DNA of 64,000 nt, from positions 40,634-104,633 of the forward strand of contig CAWJYY010000010.1 of assembly GCA_963847165.1 (NCBI GenBank), written 5' to 3'. The notes beneath the pieces were generated by a model that was not told the DNA's origin, did no database searches, and worked only from the letters and a program-made list of their open reading frames with translations. The stretch comes from an uncultured Pseudomonadota bacterium. Lineage in GTDB: Bacteria > Pseudomonadota > Alphaproteobacteria > Caulobacterales > Aquidulcibacteraceae. How positions within the stretch are numbered: position 1 is the stretch's first letter; each line of letters opens with the position of its first letter. The position numbers were made by a program, and so were the translations under genes. Below are positions 10,669 through 21,279 of the stretch, piece by piece.

Positions 10669-12918
10669 TCAATAGTGAGCTGTCAGCACGACGTTGACGG
10701 TGCGCGGGGCTCCAAAATACGCCGTGCGAACTAATCCGACCGACGAGAATTCTTGCGCGTCGGTCTTGTACACCTCATCGCTCAGATTGCGCCCTTGCAG
10801 GGCGACCGAGAGCGCACTGTTGATGTTCCAGGTGACGCTCGCGTTGAAGAGCCAATAGGCGTCCTGGAACATGCCCGGAATTTCGGTCGTGGTGCCGACA
10901 TTGCCGATGACGAAGGTGTTGTCCACCGCCAGCGCCATGCGTGAGCGATAGTTGGCGTCGGCCGCGAAGACGAGGGATCCGTTGTTAGGCAAGTCCCAGG
11001 TGTAGACGCCGCCAAATCGCGCCGTCCAATCTGGCGAGAAAGCGGGCGTCTGAAAGGCGCGGCTGCCGCCTGGGAAGCGACTGTCTTTGAACTCCCCATA
11101 AGAAGCGTCGAGGTAGCCGATTTCCGCATCGAGGCGGAGCGGCTGCATGGGATGGTAGTTCAATTCCAATTCTGCGCCGGAGATATCCAATTGCCCGGCG
11201 TTCAGTACGGTGAGAACCGCCACCGGAATGTGCAGAACTGGATCCACCACGGTGCCGCCGACGCGAGCCTGGAAGTCCGAGTAGGCGTTGTAGAAAACCG
11301 CCAGGTTTGCAATCAGGCGATTGTCCATCCACTGGGTCTTGGCGCCGATTTCATAGGAAGTGAGCGTTTCGGGAGAATATGGCGCCTCTTCACCTGCGTT
11401 ATTGGCGCGCCCGTTGAAGCCGCCCGATTGGAAGCCGCGCGCGACGCGCGCATAGAGCATCATGTCCTCATTTAATCTATAGTCGACCGACGCCATCGGC
11501 GAAGTGTCGTGCCAGCTGTTGTCGACGTGGAATGCAAACGTCGAATTGAACAGCGGATTGGTAGAAGAAGGTCGAAGTCGAACGCGGATAGTCCTTGTGC
11601 TCGTCGGTGTAGCGGACGCCCAGACCGATATGCAGCCGATCGCTCAGGGCATAATTGGCGTTGATGTAGGCCGCCTGGCTCGTGGTGGTGAGGTCATCAT
11701 CAACCGTGCGCACGAAACTGGTGAGGCCAAAGAGCGGCTTAATATAGTCATTCGCGTAGGCTTCCTGGTGCGAGGAAACGTCTTCGCGCAAATAATAGAG
11801 CCCCCCGACCAACGTCAGACGGTCGCCGGTATAGACCGCCTGCAGTTCTTGGCTGATCTGATTTTGGTCGACATGAACGAGCACGTCGCCCAGCTGCACG
11901 GGCGTTCCATCAATATCGATATAGTCGGTATAGTTGAGGCGCCGATACGCGCTGATCGATCTCAGCTCCCAATTGTTGCCGATATCCCAATTGGCGTGGA
12001 GAGCGACGCCAGAATGGGTTAGTTGCGACGAATTGGGCAGACCAGGCGACGCCTGCGCTTGGAAATTCCAGCGCGGCGTTGGGCTCGGCACGACAAAGAT
12101 CGGGGCGCCGAGAATATTGGTCAGCGTATTTTGCGCTTGGCCCATAGTCAGCGCGTTGTCTTCCTGCTGATAATCGAAGGCAACGTTGGCGTTGAAGCTT
12201 GAGCTTGGCGTCCACGCCGCCTGCACGCGGCCGCCCCAAGCTTGACGGTCATTGTATTGCTCGTGTGTCAGGGGGTTTGTGACATAGCCGTTGCGGTCGG
12301 TGCCAAATAACGAGGCGCCCACGGCGAAGCTGTCGCTCAACGGACCTGAAGCCGAGAGGCGGGTTTGAATCAACCCGTAGTCGCCAGCCGTCACTTGGGC
12401 CATGAAGTGCGGGTCTTGGCCCGGCAGTCTGGTGACGAGGCTCAAGGCGCCGCCGATCGTGTTCTTGCCGTAGAGCGTTCCTTGCGGGCCGCGCAGCACT
12501 TCCACGCGCTGCAGGTCAAAGAGTTCAAGCTGTGTGCCGCGAATGCGCGAGTAATAGACGCCGTCGACATAGAACCCGACCGCGGGGTCGAACGTCTGCA
12601 GCGCATCGGGCTGGCCGACGCCGCGAATAAAGATGTTGGTGGCGTTCGATGAGCCCCGCCCCTGCACAATGTTCAGGTTCGGCACCGCCCCTTGCAGGCC
12701 TGTGCTGTCGCTGGCGCCGAGCTGATCGAGCCGGTCCTGGGAAAACGCCGTCACGGCGCCGGGCACATCCTGCAGCCGCTCTTCGGTACGGCGGGCCGTG
12801 ACAACGATCTCATCACTGCTGGAAGCGCCGTTCTCTTGCGCAGAGGCTGCGCGCCGCTCAACGCAAAGCTGCTCGCGCTCGCGCACAGCAGCGCCAGCCA
12901 GGTCACCCGCTTGCCCAT
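10669..12918 (-). CDS. TonB-dependent receptor (frameshifts near 12855 and 11500-11570)
   Basis: Signal peptide after RBS, EIVVTARR, RVEVLRGPQGTLYGKN, ARGFQSGGFN, C-terminal aromatic residue. Confidence 0.92.
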
Positions 12919-12942
12919 AATTCCCTCCCCAAGAGGCTTTAT

Positions 12943-12964
12943 TAATCAACCGCCCGCTTAATTA
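12943..12964. promoter_or_regulatory. Putative TetR operator
   Basis: TAATCAACCG-cc-CGCTTAATTA imperfect palindrome (8/10) in the divergent TBDR/TetR gap. Confidence 0.55.
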
Positions 12965-13070
12965 TGGCAATTTGTGAGCGTCGGGGCTATTTCTGTCAAG
13001 CCGCTCCTAGGTTGAACCTGGGTTGTGGAGTAGAGGCCCCCAAGCGCCGACTCGCCGGCGGAGATCGCAA

Positions 13071-13835
13071 ATGCCGCAAACCTCCACGCAGCCGTCCACG
13101 ACGCGCCAGCCCAGAAAGGCGAAGTCGCGTTCGCGACGGCCCGGGCCGGGCCGTCCATCGAAAAATGGCGAGGACATCAACGTTCGCGAGCGCATCCTTG
13201 ACGTCGCCGAAGAACGTTTCGCCAAGCGCGGCTATGAGGCGGTCGCCACCCGGGCGGTGGCTCTGGAGGCGGGTTCGACGGCGGCGATGATCCACTATTA
13301 CTTCAACACCAAGCGCGAATTATTTGACGCGGTGTTTGCACGCCGCGCCGACATCGTGAATGAAGAGCGCATGGCCGCGCTCAGCGCCTATGAGCGCGAC
13401 GCCGGCGACAACCTCACTCCTGAAGGCGCTATCGCCGCATTCTTGAGGCCAGTGTTGGCCAAGCTCGACAGCGGCGGGCCCGGTTGGCGCAACTACCTCG
13501 AACTGGTTGCTCAAGTTGGCAACAAGCACGAATGGGGCGGCGCTGTCATGACGAAGTCCTTCGATCCCGTGATTCAGCGCCTCATCGCCGTCATTCGCAA
13601 GGCGTTGCCGCATGCGGCCGAAGAAGACCTCTATTGGAGTTACCATTTTCTTTCAGGCGCGCTGCTGCTCACGCTCTCCGAAACTGACCGTATCGATCGG
13701 CTGTCAAACGGCAGGTGTCGTTCAACCGACATCGCCGCCATCGAGCCCCGTTTGATCGAATTCGCGGCCGCCGGCTTCGGCCGCTTGTGCGATAGGAGTA
13801 AGAACACGGCCAAGAAGCGAGTGCGCAAGCGCTGA
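13071..13835 (+). CDS. TetR/AcrR family regulator
   Basis: RERILDVAEERFAKRGY..TRAVA..AMIHYYFNTKRELF HTH. Confidence 0.93.
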   Translation: MPQTSTQPSTTRQPRKAKSRSRRPGPGRPSKNGEDINVRERILDVAEERFAKRGYEAVATRAVALEAGSTAAMIHYYFNTKRELFDAVFARRADIVNEERMAALSAYERDAGDNLTPEGAIAAFLRPVLAKLDSGGPGWRNYLELVAQVGNKHEWGGAVMTKSFDPVIQRLIAVIRKALPHAAEEDLYWSYHFLSGALLLTLSETDRIDRLSNGRCRSTDIAAIEPRLIEFAAAGFGRLCDRSKNTAKKRVRKR

Positions 13836-14011
13836 GCGCCGCGTGATCGCCGTCGGCGCGGCAATGAGCGATTTGGCGAGGCGATTGCGCCGAGCGAATT
13901 GACCGGCGAACCGGCGCGGCGCCTCATTCTCGCTCCCTGCAGGCTGCAAAAAGGAACCTCGGCGGCGCCGGGCGCATTCCCATAGACGCCGCCAATCACT
14001 AGAAGACCCTG

Positions 14012-14608
14012 ATGAAGCACGCCATCATCGTTGGTCATCCAGATCCCCATAGCTTCACGATGGCGATGGCGCAGACCTATGCCGCGACGGTGGCGCGGCT
14101 CGGTCATTCGCATGTGCTGCGCGACCTCTATCGGATTGATTTTGATCCAAGGCTCAAACTGTCGGAGCTTCCCGATCGTCCGATTTGGCAACCCGCTCCG
14201 GACGCCGAGGCCGAACGCGAGCACATTCGCGACGCCGACGTATACGCCTTCATCTATCCGCTTTGGTTCAATTCGCCGCCCGCCATCGTCAAAGGCTATA
14301 TCGAACGCGTGTTCGGGGCCGGATTTGGATATTCCCAATTGCGCGCCGGCGGGCGTCAGCCGCTTCTGGAAGGTCGCCAGCTTGTCCACATCACCGCATC
14401 CGGATCGTCAACTGCGTGGCTACAAGAACAAGGCACGTGGCAATCCATTGGTAATTTGTTCGGCGCCTATTTTGCGCGCGTGTGCGGCATGCGCGTGCGG
14501 CCTCCGATTCACTTCGATTCAATCGTGCCTGGCCTCAAGCGGCGTTGGATTGATACAAATTTGCTGACTCTTGAAACGACTGTGAAAGAGTATTTCGCGG
14601 GAGGCTGA
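14012..14608 (+). CDS. NAD(P)H-dependent oxidoreductase, flavodoxin-2 fold
   Basis: HP..SFT, RDLY..FDP, YPLWFNSPPAIVKGYIERVF. Confidence 0.9.
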   Translation: MKHAIIVGHPDPHSFTMAMAQTYAATVARLGHSHVLRDLYRIDFDPRLKLSELPDRPIWQPAPDAEAEREHIRDADVYAFIYPLWFNSPPAIVKGYIERVFGAGFGYSQLRAGGRQPLLEGRQLVHITASGSSTAWLQEQGTWQSIGNLFGAYFARVCGMRVRPPIHFDSIVPGLKRRWIDTNLLTLETTVKEYFAGG

Positions 14609-14629
14609 GGCTTGCAACCGATCCAGCAA

Positions 14630-15442
14630 CTATCGCCCATCCCACCATGCGCGCGCCCCGGCCAGATCGAGCGTTATGGCGTATTGGCTCATGAACGCCG
14701 CATTCAGCGCGCCATCGTAAATGAGGCCGTCGACAATTTCGGGCGCGATGACCTCATCGTGTGCGCCTTCTATGGAGAGCGTCACGCTTTGCTGACCGCC
14801 GAGTAAAGCCTGGGCGGTCGGGTGAAGACGCACGGCCGCCAGGTTCGCGCTATCGGCCAGCAGCCAAAGGTCGCCGCCGCCAACGCGCATGGGCGCAAAG
14901 ACCGTAAGTCCGGCTCCTCCGGCCTCTTGAGCAATTCGAATGCGGGCGGCCGTCCGGGTCCGAGCAATTCGTTGCAGGGAGCTTCGTGTTTCAAGACGAA
15001 TACCCGCCAAATTCTTTTCAAGAGTGATGACGCGACCTCGAAATAAATCCAGGCCGGCGACGCCGTCCAGCGGCGGCAGCCCCGGCGGCAGAACGCGACT
15101 GAGATCGAAGACAGCGATGCTTTGCGTGGTCGAGAAACGCCCTTCTGCGATGCGACTGGGCGATAGGCATCGTTGAAACGTGACCCGCTCTCCGTCCATG
15201 CGAAACGAGGTGATGACCCCTGACGGCGAGCAGCCTATCGAAGCCGCGAACGCGGGCGTAACAGCGGTGACGCCCGCACCAGTGTCGAACAATAAGCGAG
15301 CGGGATGTCCATCGATCGTGAGCTCAATGGCCTTTAGCCGCCCCACATAGGGGCTGAGCGGAATTTCCGCCCCGCCATTGGCCGCGGCCTCACCCGACAG
15401 GCCGAAGCCGGCCAAGAGAACAAGAAGGAAGCGCCAGCGCAT
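14630..15442 (-). CDS. Secreted retropepsin-like aspartyl protease, two Asp-type motifs
   Basis: Signal peptide; LLFDTGA, DGVAGLDLF; second motif LLADSAN, DGALN. Confidence 0.75.
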   Translation of the reverse strand: MRWRFLLVLLAGFGLSGEAAANGGAEIPLSPYVGRLKAIELTIDGHPARLLFDTGAGVTAVTPAFAASIGCSPSGVITSFRMDGERVTFQRCLSPSRIAEGRFSTTQSIAVFDLSRVLPPGLPPLDGVAGLDLFRGRVITLEKNLAGIRLETRSSLQRIARTRTAARIRIAQEAGGAGLTVFAPMRVGGGDLWLLADSANLAAVRLHPTAQALLGGQQSVTLSIEGAHDEVIAPEIVDGLIYDGALNAAFMSQYAITLDLAGARAWWDGR

Positions 15443-15477
15443 TCGCGACCTTCTAACTGCGTCGGCCGCAGCGGCGG

Positions 15478-15491
15478 TTGCGCTCAATCAA
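15478..15491. promoter_or_regulatory. FNR/FixK-type box
   Basis: TTGC-GCTCAA-TCAA between the divergent protease and cytochrome c. Confidence 0.5.
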
Positions 15492-15707
15492 TCCGACAAT
15501 TTCCGCAAACGACATGAGCTCGCCCGGGAGATGCGACGATAATCATCGAGCGAAGGCGTCAAGGGCCAGACACGCTATGCAGACGCGCTATTCAGACACG
15601 CTATCCGGGCGCGCTACCAAGGCGCGCTCTTCAGCCAGGCGTGCTACGATACGCCTGGTTGCCCGCACAGATTGGCGAGCTACGCCCTTCCGATAGGCGC
15701 ACGGCGA

Positions 15708-16145
15708 ATGAAAATCAGCATGCGACGCTCGCTCATAATTGCTCTGGACGCTTGGGGCCGCCCTGGCCGCATGGCCTTATGTTTCGCAATGCTCGCTTGG
15801 GTGACGGCCGCCTGTGCAGAGCAAACATCTGACAGAACCAGACTATTTGCAGAGCTCAGCCCTGCAGAGAGAGCGATCATGATCGCTGAGGGTCGCCCGA
15901 TCGCGGTGAGCCAATGTGGAAGCTGTCACGCGGTGGGCCGCAATGACAACAGTCCGCGCGCCGATGCGCCGCCGCTGCGGCTCGTGTTTGAACGCTACGA
16001 TTCTGCTGCGCTTGCGGGAAATCTCGTGATTGGTGTCCACATCGGTCACCCGGATATGCCCGTGTTTCACATGGGCCCGAGAGCCGTCAATTCGCTTGTT
16101 GAATATCTCTATTCAATCAGAGCGTCGGAAGAACAAACCCCCTAA
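15708..16145 (+). CDS. Small monoheme cytochrome c
   Basis: CGSCH, SPRADAPPL, GHPDMP; start uncertain. Confidence 0.85.
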   Translation: MKISMRRSLIIALDAWGRPGRMALCFAMLAWVTAACAEQTSDRTRLFAELSPAERAIMIAEGRPIAVSQCGSCHAVGRNDNSPRADAPPLRLVFERYDSAALAGNLVIGVHIGHPDMPVFHMGPRAVNSLVEYLYSIRASEEQTP

Positions 16146-16175
16146 GGCGAACGCCTGTTCAGCCGCCCCACGCAC

Positions 16176-16559
16176 TCAGGCCTGTCCACCGCCGCGCCTT
16201 AACGATTGCAGATAGGCGGTGATGTTGTCGCGGTCAGCGGGGCTGACGATGAGGTTGGGCATGGTCGGGTGAGGTGAATGAAGCCAAGCATTCAGCGCTG
16301 TCGCTGTCATACCAGGCAGATTGGCGATCACCGGAAAGCTTGGCGCATTCCAATTCGGTGATTGATGTTGGCCGGATGCAACCGCATGGCAAGACGCGCA
16401 ATTCTGCTGCGCGTAGCGAAATCCCATCGCCGCCGATGGCTGCGCCACATCGCCCGAAGCGTTCAATTCCGTTTGGCCGACACAGGCGCTGATCAAGCCC
16501 ACAGCGGCGCATGTGGCCAGGCGACGTGTCCAAATCACAATGTTTGAAATCTGCGACAT
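16176..16559 (-). CDS. Small monoheme cytochrome c, probable lipoprotein
   Basis: ISAC lipobox-like, CASCH, SPNWNAPSF, HPTMP. Confidence 0.85.
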   Translation of the reverse strand: MSQISNIVIWTRRLATCAAVGLISACVGQTELNASGDVAQPSAAMGFRYAQQNCASCHAVASGQHQSPNWNAPSFPVIANLPGMTATALNAWLHSPHPTMPNLIVSPADRDNITAYLQSLRRGGGQA

Positions 16560-16728
16560 GGGGAACGCGCCTCCAATTGGGGCCATTCGCCCCGGACGGG
16601 ATATGGAAGCTGCACCTCAGATGGAGACGTGTCGAGAGCAACATCCAGGTGTTGATCGGATAAGCACGGTTTGGTGGGCGATGTGCGCGACAGGGGCGAC
16701 GCAGCTCTGACCAAAGACGGAAGTGTCA

Positions 16729-16742
16729 TTGATCAACATCAA
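16729..16742. promoter_or_regulatory. Perfect FNR/FixK box
   Basis: TTGAT-CAAC-ATCAA between divergent cytochrome c and META genes. Confidence 0.75.
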
Positions 16743-16788
16743 AGGCGGTCGAAGCGCCCGCTGCTACACGACCATCCTGGAGGCGCCG

Positions 16789-17256
16789 ATGAAGCGCGCG
16801 CACGTGCTCACACTCCCGGTCGCCATGAGCTTGGCTGTAGGGTTGGCCTCGTGCGGTTTGCTAGACGCCAATAAGGCGCCCGCTGAGCTCGGCGGATCGT
16901 GGATCGTGCAGCAGGTCGCCGGGGCGTCACTTGGAGAGCATGTGGAGATTTTTCTGGAAATCGACCCGAGAACCGGGGGCGTCACTGGCTTCACAGGCTG
17001 CAATCGATTTTTCGCCCAGATGAGCGCCTTCGGGGACGCCCTGAGCGTTGGTCAAATTCAAGAACGGCAAGCCCCATGCCCAAATGCGGCGGCGGCTACC
17101 GATGAAGTCCGCTTTCTCGCCGTTTTGCCGCTGGTTCGGCGCTACGCGCGCCGCGGGAACTCTCTGGAACTATTGCCCCAAGGCTATGGCGAAGCGCTGC
17201 TGAAACTCCGCGTCGACAACTTTGGCCGCCTGACGCGCGCATCGGTTCAACAATAG
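16789..17256 (+). CDS. META/HslJ domain lipoprotein
   Basis: RBS ggagg, LASC lipobox, GFTGCNRF. Confidence 0.85.
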   Translation: MKRAHVLTLPVAMSLAVGLASCGLLDANKAPAELGGSWIVQQVAGASLGEHVEIFLEIDPRTGGVTGFTGCNRFFAQMSAFGDALSVGQIQERQAPCPNAAAATDEVRFLAVLPLVRRYARRGNSLELLPQGYGEALLKLRVDNFGRLTRASVQQ

Positions 17257-17325
17257 TTCGCGACCGGATTTTTCGGCGCGCCCAAACCCCTTGCGCGGTG
17301 AGAAACGGCGCCCCTTGCTATGCGG

Positions 17326-19210
17326 ATGGAACGGACGGCTCAGATTCGCCATGGCGAGCGCACATTCGCTCGCAGCAGGCCATTGTTGATCGGACCGGTC
17401 CGCGGATAGTGCTCGGGATGCCGCTCGGGCTCGGTAAGGCGGTTCCCAGTCGCCAATGCGCTCTACGAAATCGTGCGGGACAACGCTGCGCTGTCACTCA
17501 AGATCGTCACGGCGCTCACAATCACGCGTCCGACAGCCCATTCGGATCTTGAGCGCCGCTTCCTCGATCCAATAGTGGCGAGGCATTTTGGGGATTACGC
17601 GGAGCCAATCTATGCGGCGGCGGTGCGCGCCGGCGCAGCTTCCCGCAAATATCGAGGTTCATGAATTCTTTTTGCAGGCCGGCGCCTGGCTCAACTCTCC
17701 GGTCGCGCAGCAATCGTTCTTGGCCGCCAACTACACCCATGTGCTTCAGCTGATGACGCAGCTTGGCGTCAATGTCGTGGCGCAGCTCGTGGCCAGAGAC
17801 GAGAGCTCGCCCACGCCTCGCTACAATCTCAGCTGCAATCCCGATCTCACTCTGGATCTCCTGCAAGCGCGACAGGACGGGCGGATGAGTTTTCTCATGG
17901 TTGGACAGGTCCATGGCGCCCTGCCCGCGCTGCGGGGCGCAGAGATAAGCGCCGATGAGCTCGACCATGTCCTCGAAAGCGAAACAAGCGAGCTTTCGTT
18001 GCCTAATCTGCCGCGCCGTCCAATCGATGATGTCGACTATGCGATGGCCCTGCACATCGCCAGCCTCATCCCAGACGGAGGCGCGATCCAGATAGGCATC
18101 GGCTCGCTAGGCGATGCGATCGCGCATTGCCTGATCATGCGGGATCGCGACAGCGAGCGCTTTCGCTCACTGATTTCGGCCATCATGCCCGAGGACGCGC
18201 ATGGCGGCGCGTCACACGGTCCGTTCCGCACAGGCCTCTACGCGTCCACCGAGATGTTCGCCGATGCGCTGCTCGAACTCTTTCGCGCAGGCATTCTAAA
18301 GCGGGAGGTGGATGGCGCAGTGCTCCATGCCGGCTTCTATCTTCCGACACGTGATTTCTGCGCCGCACTCAACGCGCTCGATCCAGCCATGCGTGAAAAA
18401 CTGCACATGTCCCGCATTGGCTTCGTCAACGACCTCTACGGCGCCGACATCGAGGCTCGAAGAAGCGCACGTCAGAACGCCCGGTTTGTCAACGACACGA
18501 TGATGGCGACCTTGCTTGGCGCGGCGACATCCGATGCTCTGGAGGATGGCCGCGTCGTGAGCGGCGTTGGCGGCCAGTTCAATTTTGTCGCGCAGGCGTT
18601 CGAATTGGAGGGCGCGCGTTCAATTCTCGCTCTGCCCTCGACGCGGAGACGCGCGCGGAAAGACGAACTCCAATATTCGCTGGAACTATGGACACACCAC
18701 TATCCCCAACCATCTGCGGGATATCTTTGTCACTGAATATGGCGTCGCCGATCTGCGCGGCGTGTCTGATGGCGTCGCCATCGCCTCTATGCTTTCGATC
18801 GCCGACAGCCGATTTCAAGAGGCCTTGTTGGAACGGGCCAAACGGGCTGGGAAGATAGACAGCGGCTTCGCTCTCAAGGGCGAGCACCGCGCGAATTCGC
18901 CGGCGCGCGATTAGTGCGGCGATGGCGACGGCGCGGCGCGACGGCGTCCTGGCGGATTTTCCCTTCGGCGCCGACTATTCAGAGGAAGAGCGCATGCTGA
19001 TGCCGGCTTTGGCCGCCATTAAAGCCGCCGCACACTCGCCGCGGCGAATGGCCGAACTCTTTTTGGCCGGCTGCGCGCCCGCGCCGGAGAAGCCAGGGAC
19101 AAGAGCGGCGCTTCAGCGACTGAGATCTCCAAGCGCCGCTTCGGATTTCGGATCGCTTGCAAGCGCTCTTGGTGCGTGGCGCGCTCAACTCGATGGCCTC
19201 GAGGAATTAA
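17326..19210 (+). CDS. Acetyl-CoA hydrolase/transferase-like protein (several frameshifts, may be a pseudogene)
   Basis: PLGLGK, LSCNPDL, QIGIGSLGD, SGVGGQFNFV, VTEYGVADLRG, FPFGADYS. Confidence 0.8.
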
Positions 19211-19248
19211 GGTGCGGCGACGATCGGCCCACCGCTGCTGAAGGCGGC

Positions 19249-20187
19249 TTAGCGATTGGGGTCGCCAAGCAGGTCAATGTTGCAAGCAGCGTGACGCGCC
19301 AATTCTCGCATGTCCGGCCGCGCCGAAGCCGCTTCGCCAAGATAGCCATCTTTCCCGCTATGGCGCATCACGCCCAAGTCGGTTTTGCGTAACCGGCCCA
19401 AACGCAGGGCTTTGCGCCAAGGTGACAAGGCCGCAATTGGCCATTGGGCGAGTGACAGCAAGGAGCCAAGTCTCGGCAGAAGATCGGCGCTGGAAACGAG
19501 ATGATCGACGCGCGCAAGTCCGTCCACCCCACGTGTGGTCAAGATCACGCCGCCGATCGAAACCACGGCGGGTGAGGCGTCCAGCGCACGCGCCAAGTAC
19601 GGCGCTGCGGCGATGGCGATCTGCGCGCCGGCGCTATAGCCCAGAATGCTGACGCGCTGGCTTGCGCCACGACGCCAGCCCTCCTCGATCAGGGCGCTCA
19701 GCATCAGCGAAGCGACCGCCTCGTTGAAAACCGGTCCATAGCGTCGATCGGCGGACACCAACACTTGATAGAAATTGCGCCAGTCAATCAGGTATTTGAG
19801 CTGAGTGCGCTGACGCTTCGGTCGTTTCGCTGCGAGCCGCCACACCCAACGGAAGAAGCGCGGCGCCTGCAGAAGAGGTTCGCCGGAAGCCGCGTAAGGA
19901 AAGACGCTGCACACAAGCCTGGCGTCCGGCAAACCGGCCTCGAGCGCTTTCAGGAAACGCATCTCTCGGTGCGACAGCGTCTCGCCATCGATGGCGTTGA
20001 TGCCGCCCAGATAGATGACGAAGTGGCGGACGTCGCTGCCGCCGTCTTGAGGCTGCGGAATGAACTGCGCTTGTGGGCTGAATCGGCCCACCCACCATGC
20101 CAACGTCTCCAATGGCGCTAAGACGCCGGCGACGAGAAAGCAAACCGCCGCCATGATGAGAAACCAGACGGTGGCCGCTTCAACCAC
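19249..20187 (-). CDS. Membrane-anchored hypothetical protein with alpha/beta-hydrolase-like elbow
   Basis: N-terminal TM, APLETLAWW, VSADRRYGPVFN, GYSAG, late His (HSGKDGYL). Confidence 0.6.
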   Translation of the reverse strand: MVEAATVWFLIMAAVCFLVAGVLAPLETLAWWVGRFSPQAQFIPQPQDGGSDVRHFVIYLGGINAIDGETLSHREMRFLKALEAGLPDARLVCSVFPYAASGEPLLQAPRFFRWVWRLAAKRPKRQRTQLKYLIDWRNFYQVLVSADRRYGPVFNEAVASLMLSALIEEGWRRGASQRVSILGYSAGAQIAIAAAPYLARALDASPAVVSIGGVILTTRGVDGLARVDHLVSSADLLPRLGSLLSLAQWPIAALSPWRKALRLGRLRKTDLGVMRHSGKDGYLGEAASARPDMRELARHAACNIDLLGDPNR

Positions 20188-20785
20188 GCGCCATCCCCGC
20201 TGTCACAACGCCGACCCGTTCGAGGAACGGAGCAAGGATACGCGCGCCCAGATGTCGAAACAGCCAGCTGCCCAGCCAGCCGCATACGGCGCAGAGCAAC
20301 GTCGCCCAGATCGGTCCGCCAATAATGACGCTGATACCCCAGCCGACGCAGGCCATCGACCAGGCATCGAGCGCCCGCCCCAGCACCTCGCCATAATAGG
20401 GAGCGATCGTCAGCACCCCTAAGAGGCGCGGGGCGTAACCAAGTGAGACGACGCCGAGCAGCTCTAGATCGGTTGGCAGTCTCGCGGGCGCCAGCTCCGA
20501 TAACCCAAGGCCAAGCAAGGTGCGCGCGCCCAAAGCCCAAAGCGCGACCGCCGTGACGTGGACGAGCCCTGTGAGCGCAAAGCTTGCTCCGGCTCGCCAC
20601 GCCCTCACTCTCCTCGCCGCCAAGATGAATGCCTGGCCCGCCATCTCCGAAGCTCCGGCCAGAAACGGAATGGCGAGAGCGGCCAAGGCGAATTCCGGCT
20701 GTTGCACCCTGAGATAAGCCGAGCGCCGCAACAGGCCCGCATCGACGGCCGCCGCCAGAACCTGAGCCAATTCGATCGTAGTCAC
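20180..20785 (-). CDS. Polytopic membrane protein (Yip1-like), overlapping the downstream gene
   Basis: About five hydrophobic segments, LGYAPRLL..APYYG. Confidence 0.55.
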   Translation of the reverse strand: MTTIELAQVLAAAVDAGLLRRSAYLRVQQPEFALAALAIPFLAGASEMAGQAFILAARRVRAWRAGASFALTGLVHVTAVALWALGARTLLGLGLSELAPARLPTDLELLGVVSLGYAPRLLGVLTIAPYYGEVLGRALDAWSMACVGWGISVIIGGPIWATLLCAVCGWLGSWLFRHLGARILAPFLERVGVVTAGMARG

Positions 20786-20895
20786 GCCTCGGCTTTCCTT
20801 AGACCTGATCTGATGCGGCCTAGTGGCTTCACCGCGCATGGTGTAAGCCATTGATTGATCGGCGACCAACGCAATTGCCGTCAAGAAAAGGCCGA

Positions 20896-21240
20896 ATGAT
20901 GCGTGATACGATGGTCGCCCTCATCTCCTTGCTCGCCTTGTCGGCATGCGCCTATTCAGAGGAGACTGCCGCGCGCAATGACGATAATGCGCTAGCCCAA
21001 GCGGGTCACAGAATTGCGCAACTCAAGTGCGCGAGATGTCATGCCGTTGAGCCGTCCGGCGAAAGCAGGAACCCGAACGCGCCGCCATTTCGTCAAGTCT
21101 CCCGATCCATCACCATCATGTCGTCGGAGGTGACGGTGCGCGAAGGCATTCGCATCGGCCACCGCGATATGCCGCCTGTGCGCCTTACGCAGCCTGAGAT
21201 CGAAGCGCTCACCGCCTATCTTCGCAGTCTGCAATCCTAA
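20896..21240 (+). CDS. Small monoheme cytochrome c, probable lipoprotein
   Basis: LSAC lipobox, CARCH, SRNPNAPPF, GHRDMP. Confidence 0.85.
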   Translation: MMRDTMVALISLLALSACAYSEETAARNDDNALAQAGHRIAQLKCARCHAVEPSGESRNPNAPPFRQVSRSITIMSSEVTVREGIRIGHRDMPPVRLTQPEIEALTAYLRSLQS

Positions 21241-21279
21241 GGGCCGCCACTTAAGAGCGCTGTCCGAGGCCGATCACCG

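Noticed and set aside
15601-15616. Partial match to the tRNA-Arg 3' end (tccgggcgcgc) as an att site
   Set aside because: Short, GC-rich and in the wrong orientation for a direct repeat.
20851-20870. FNR-like TTGAT upstream of the third cytochrome c
   Set aside because: Second half-site has the wrong spacing and sequence.
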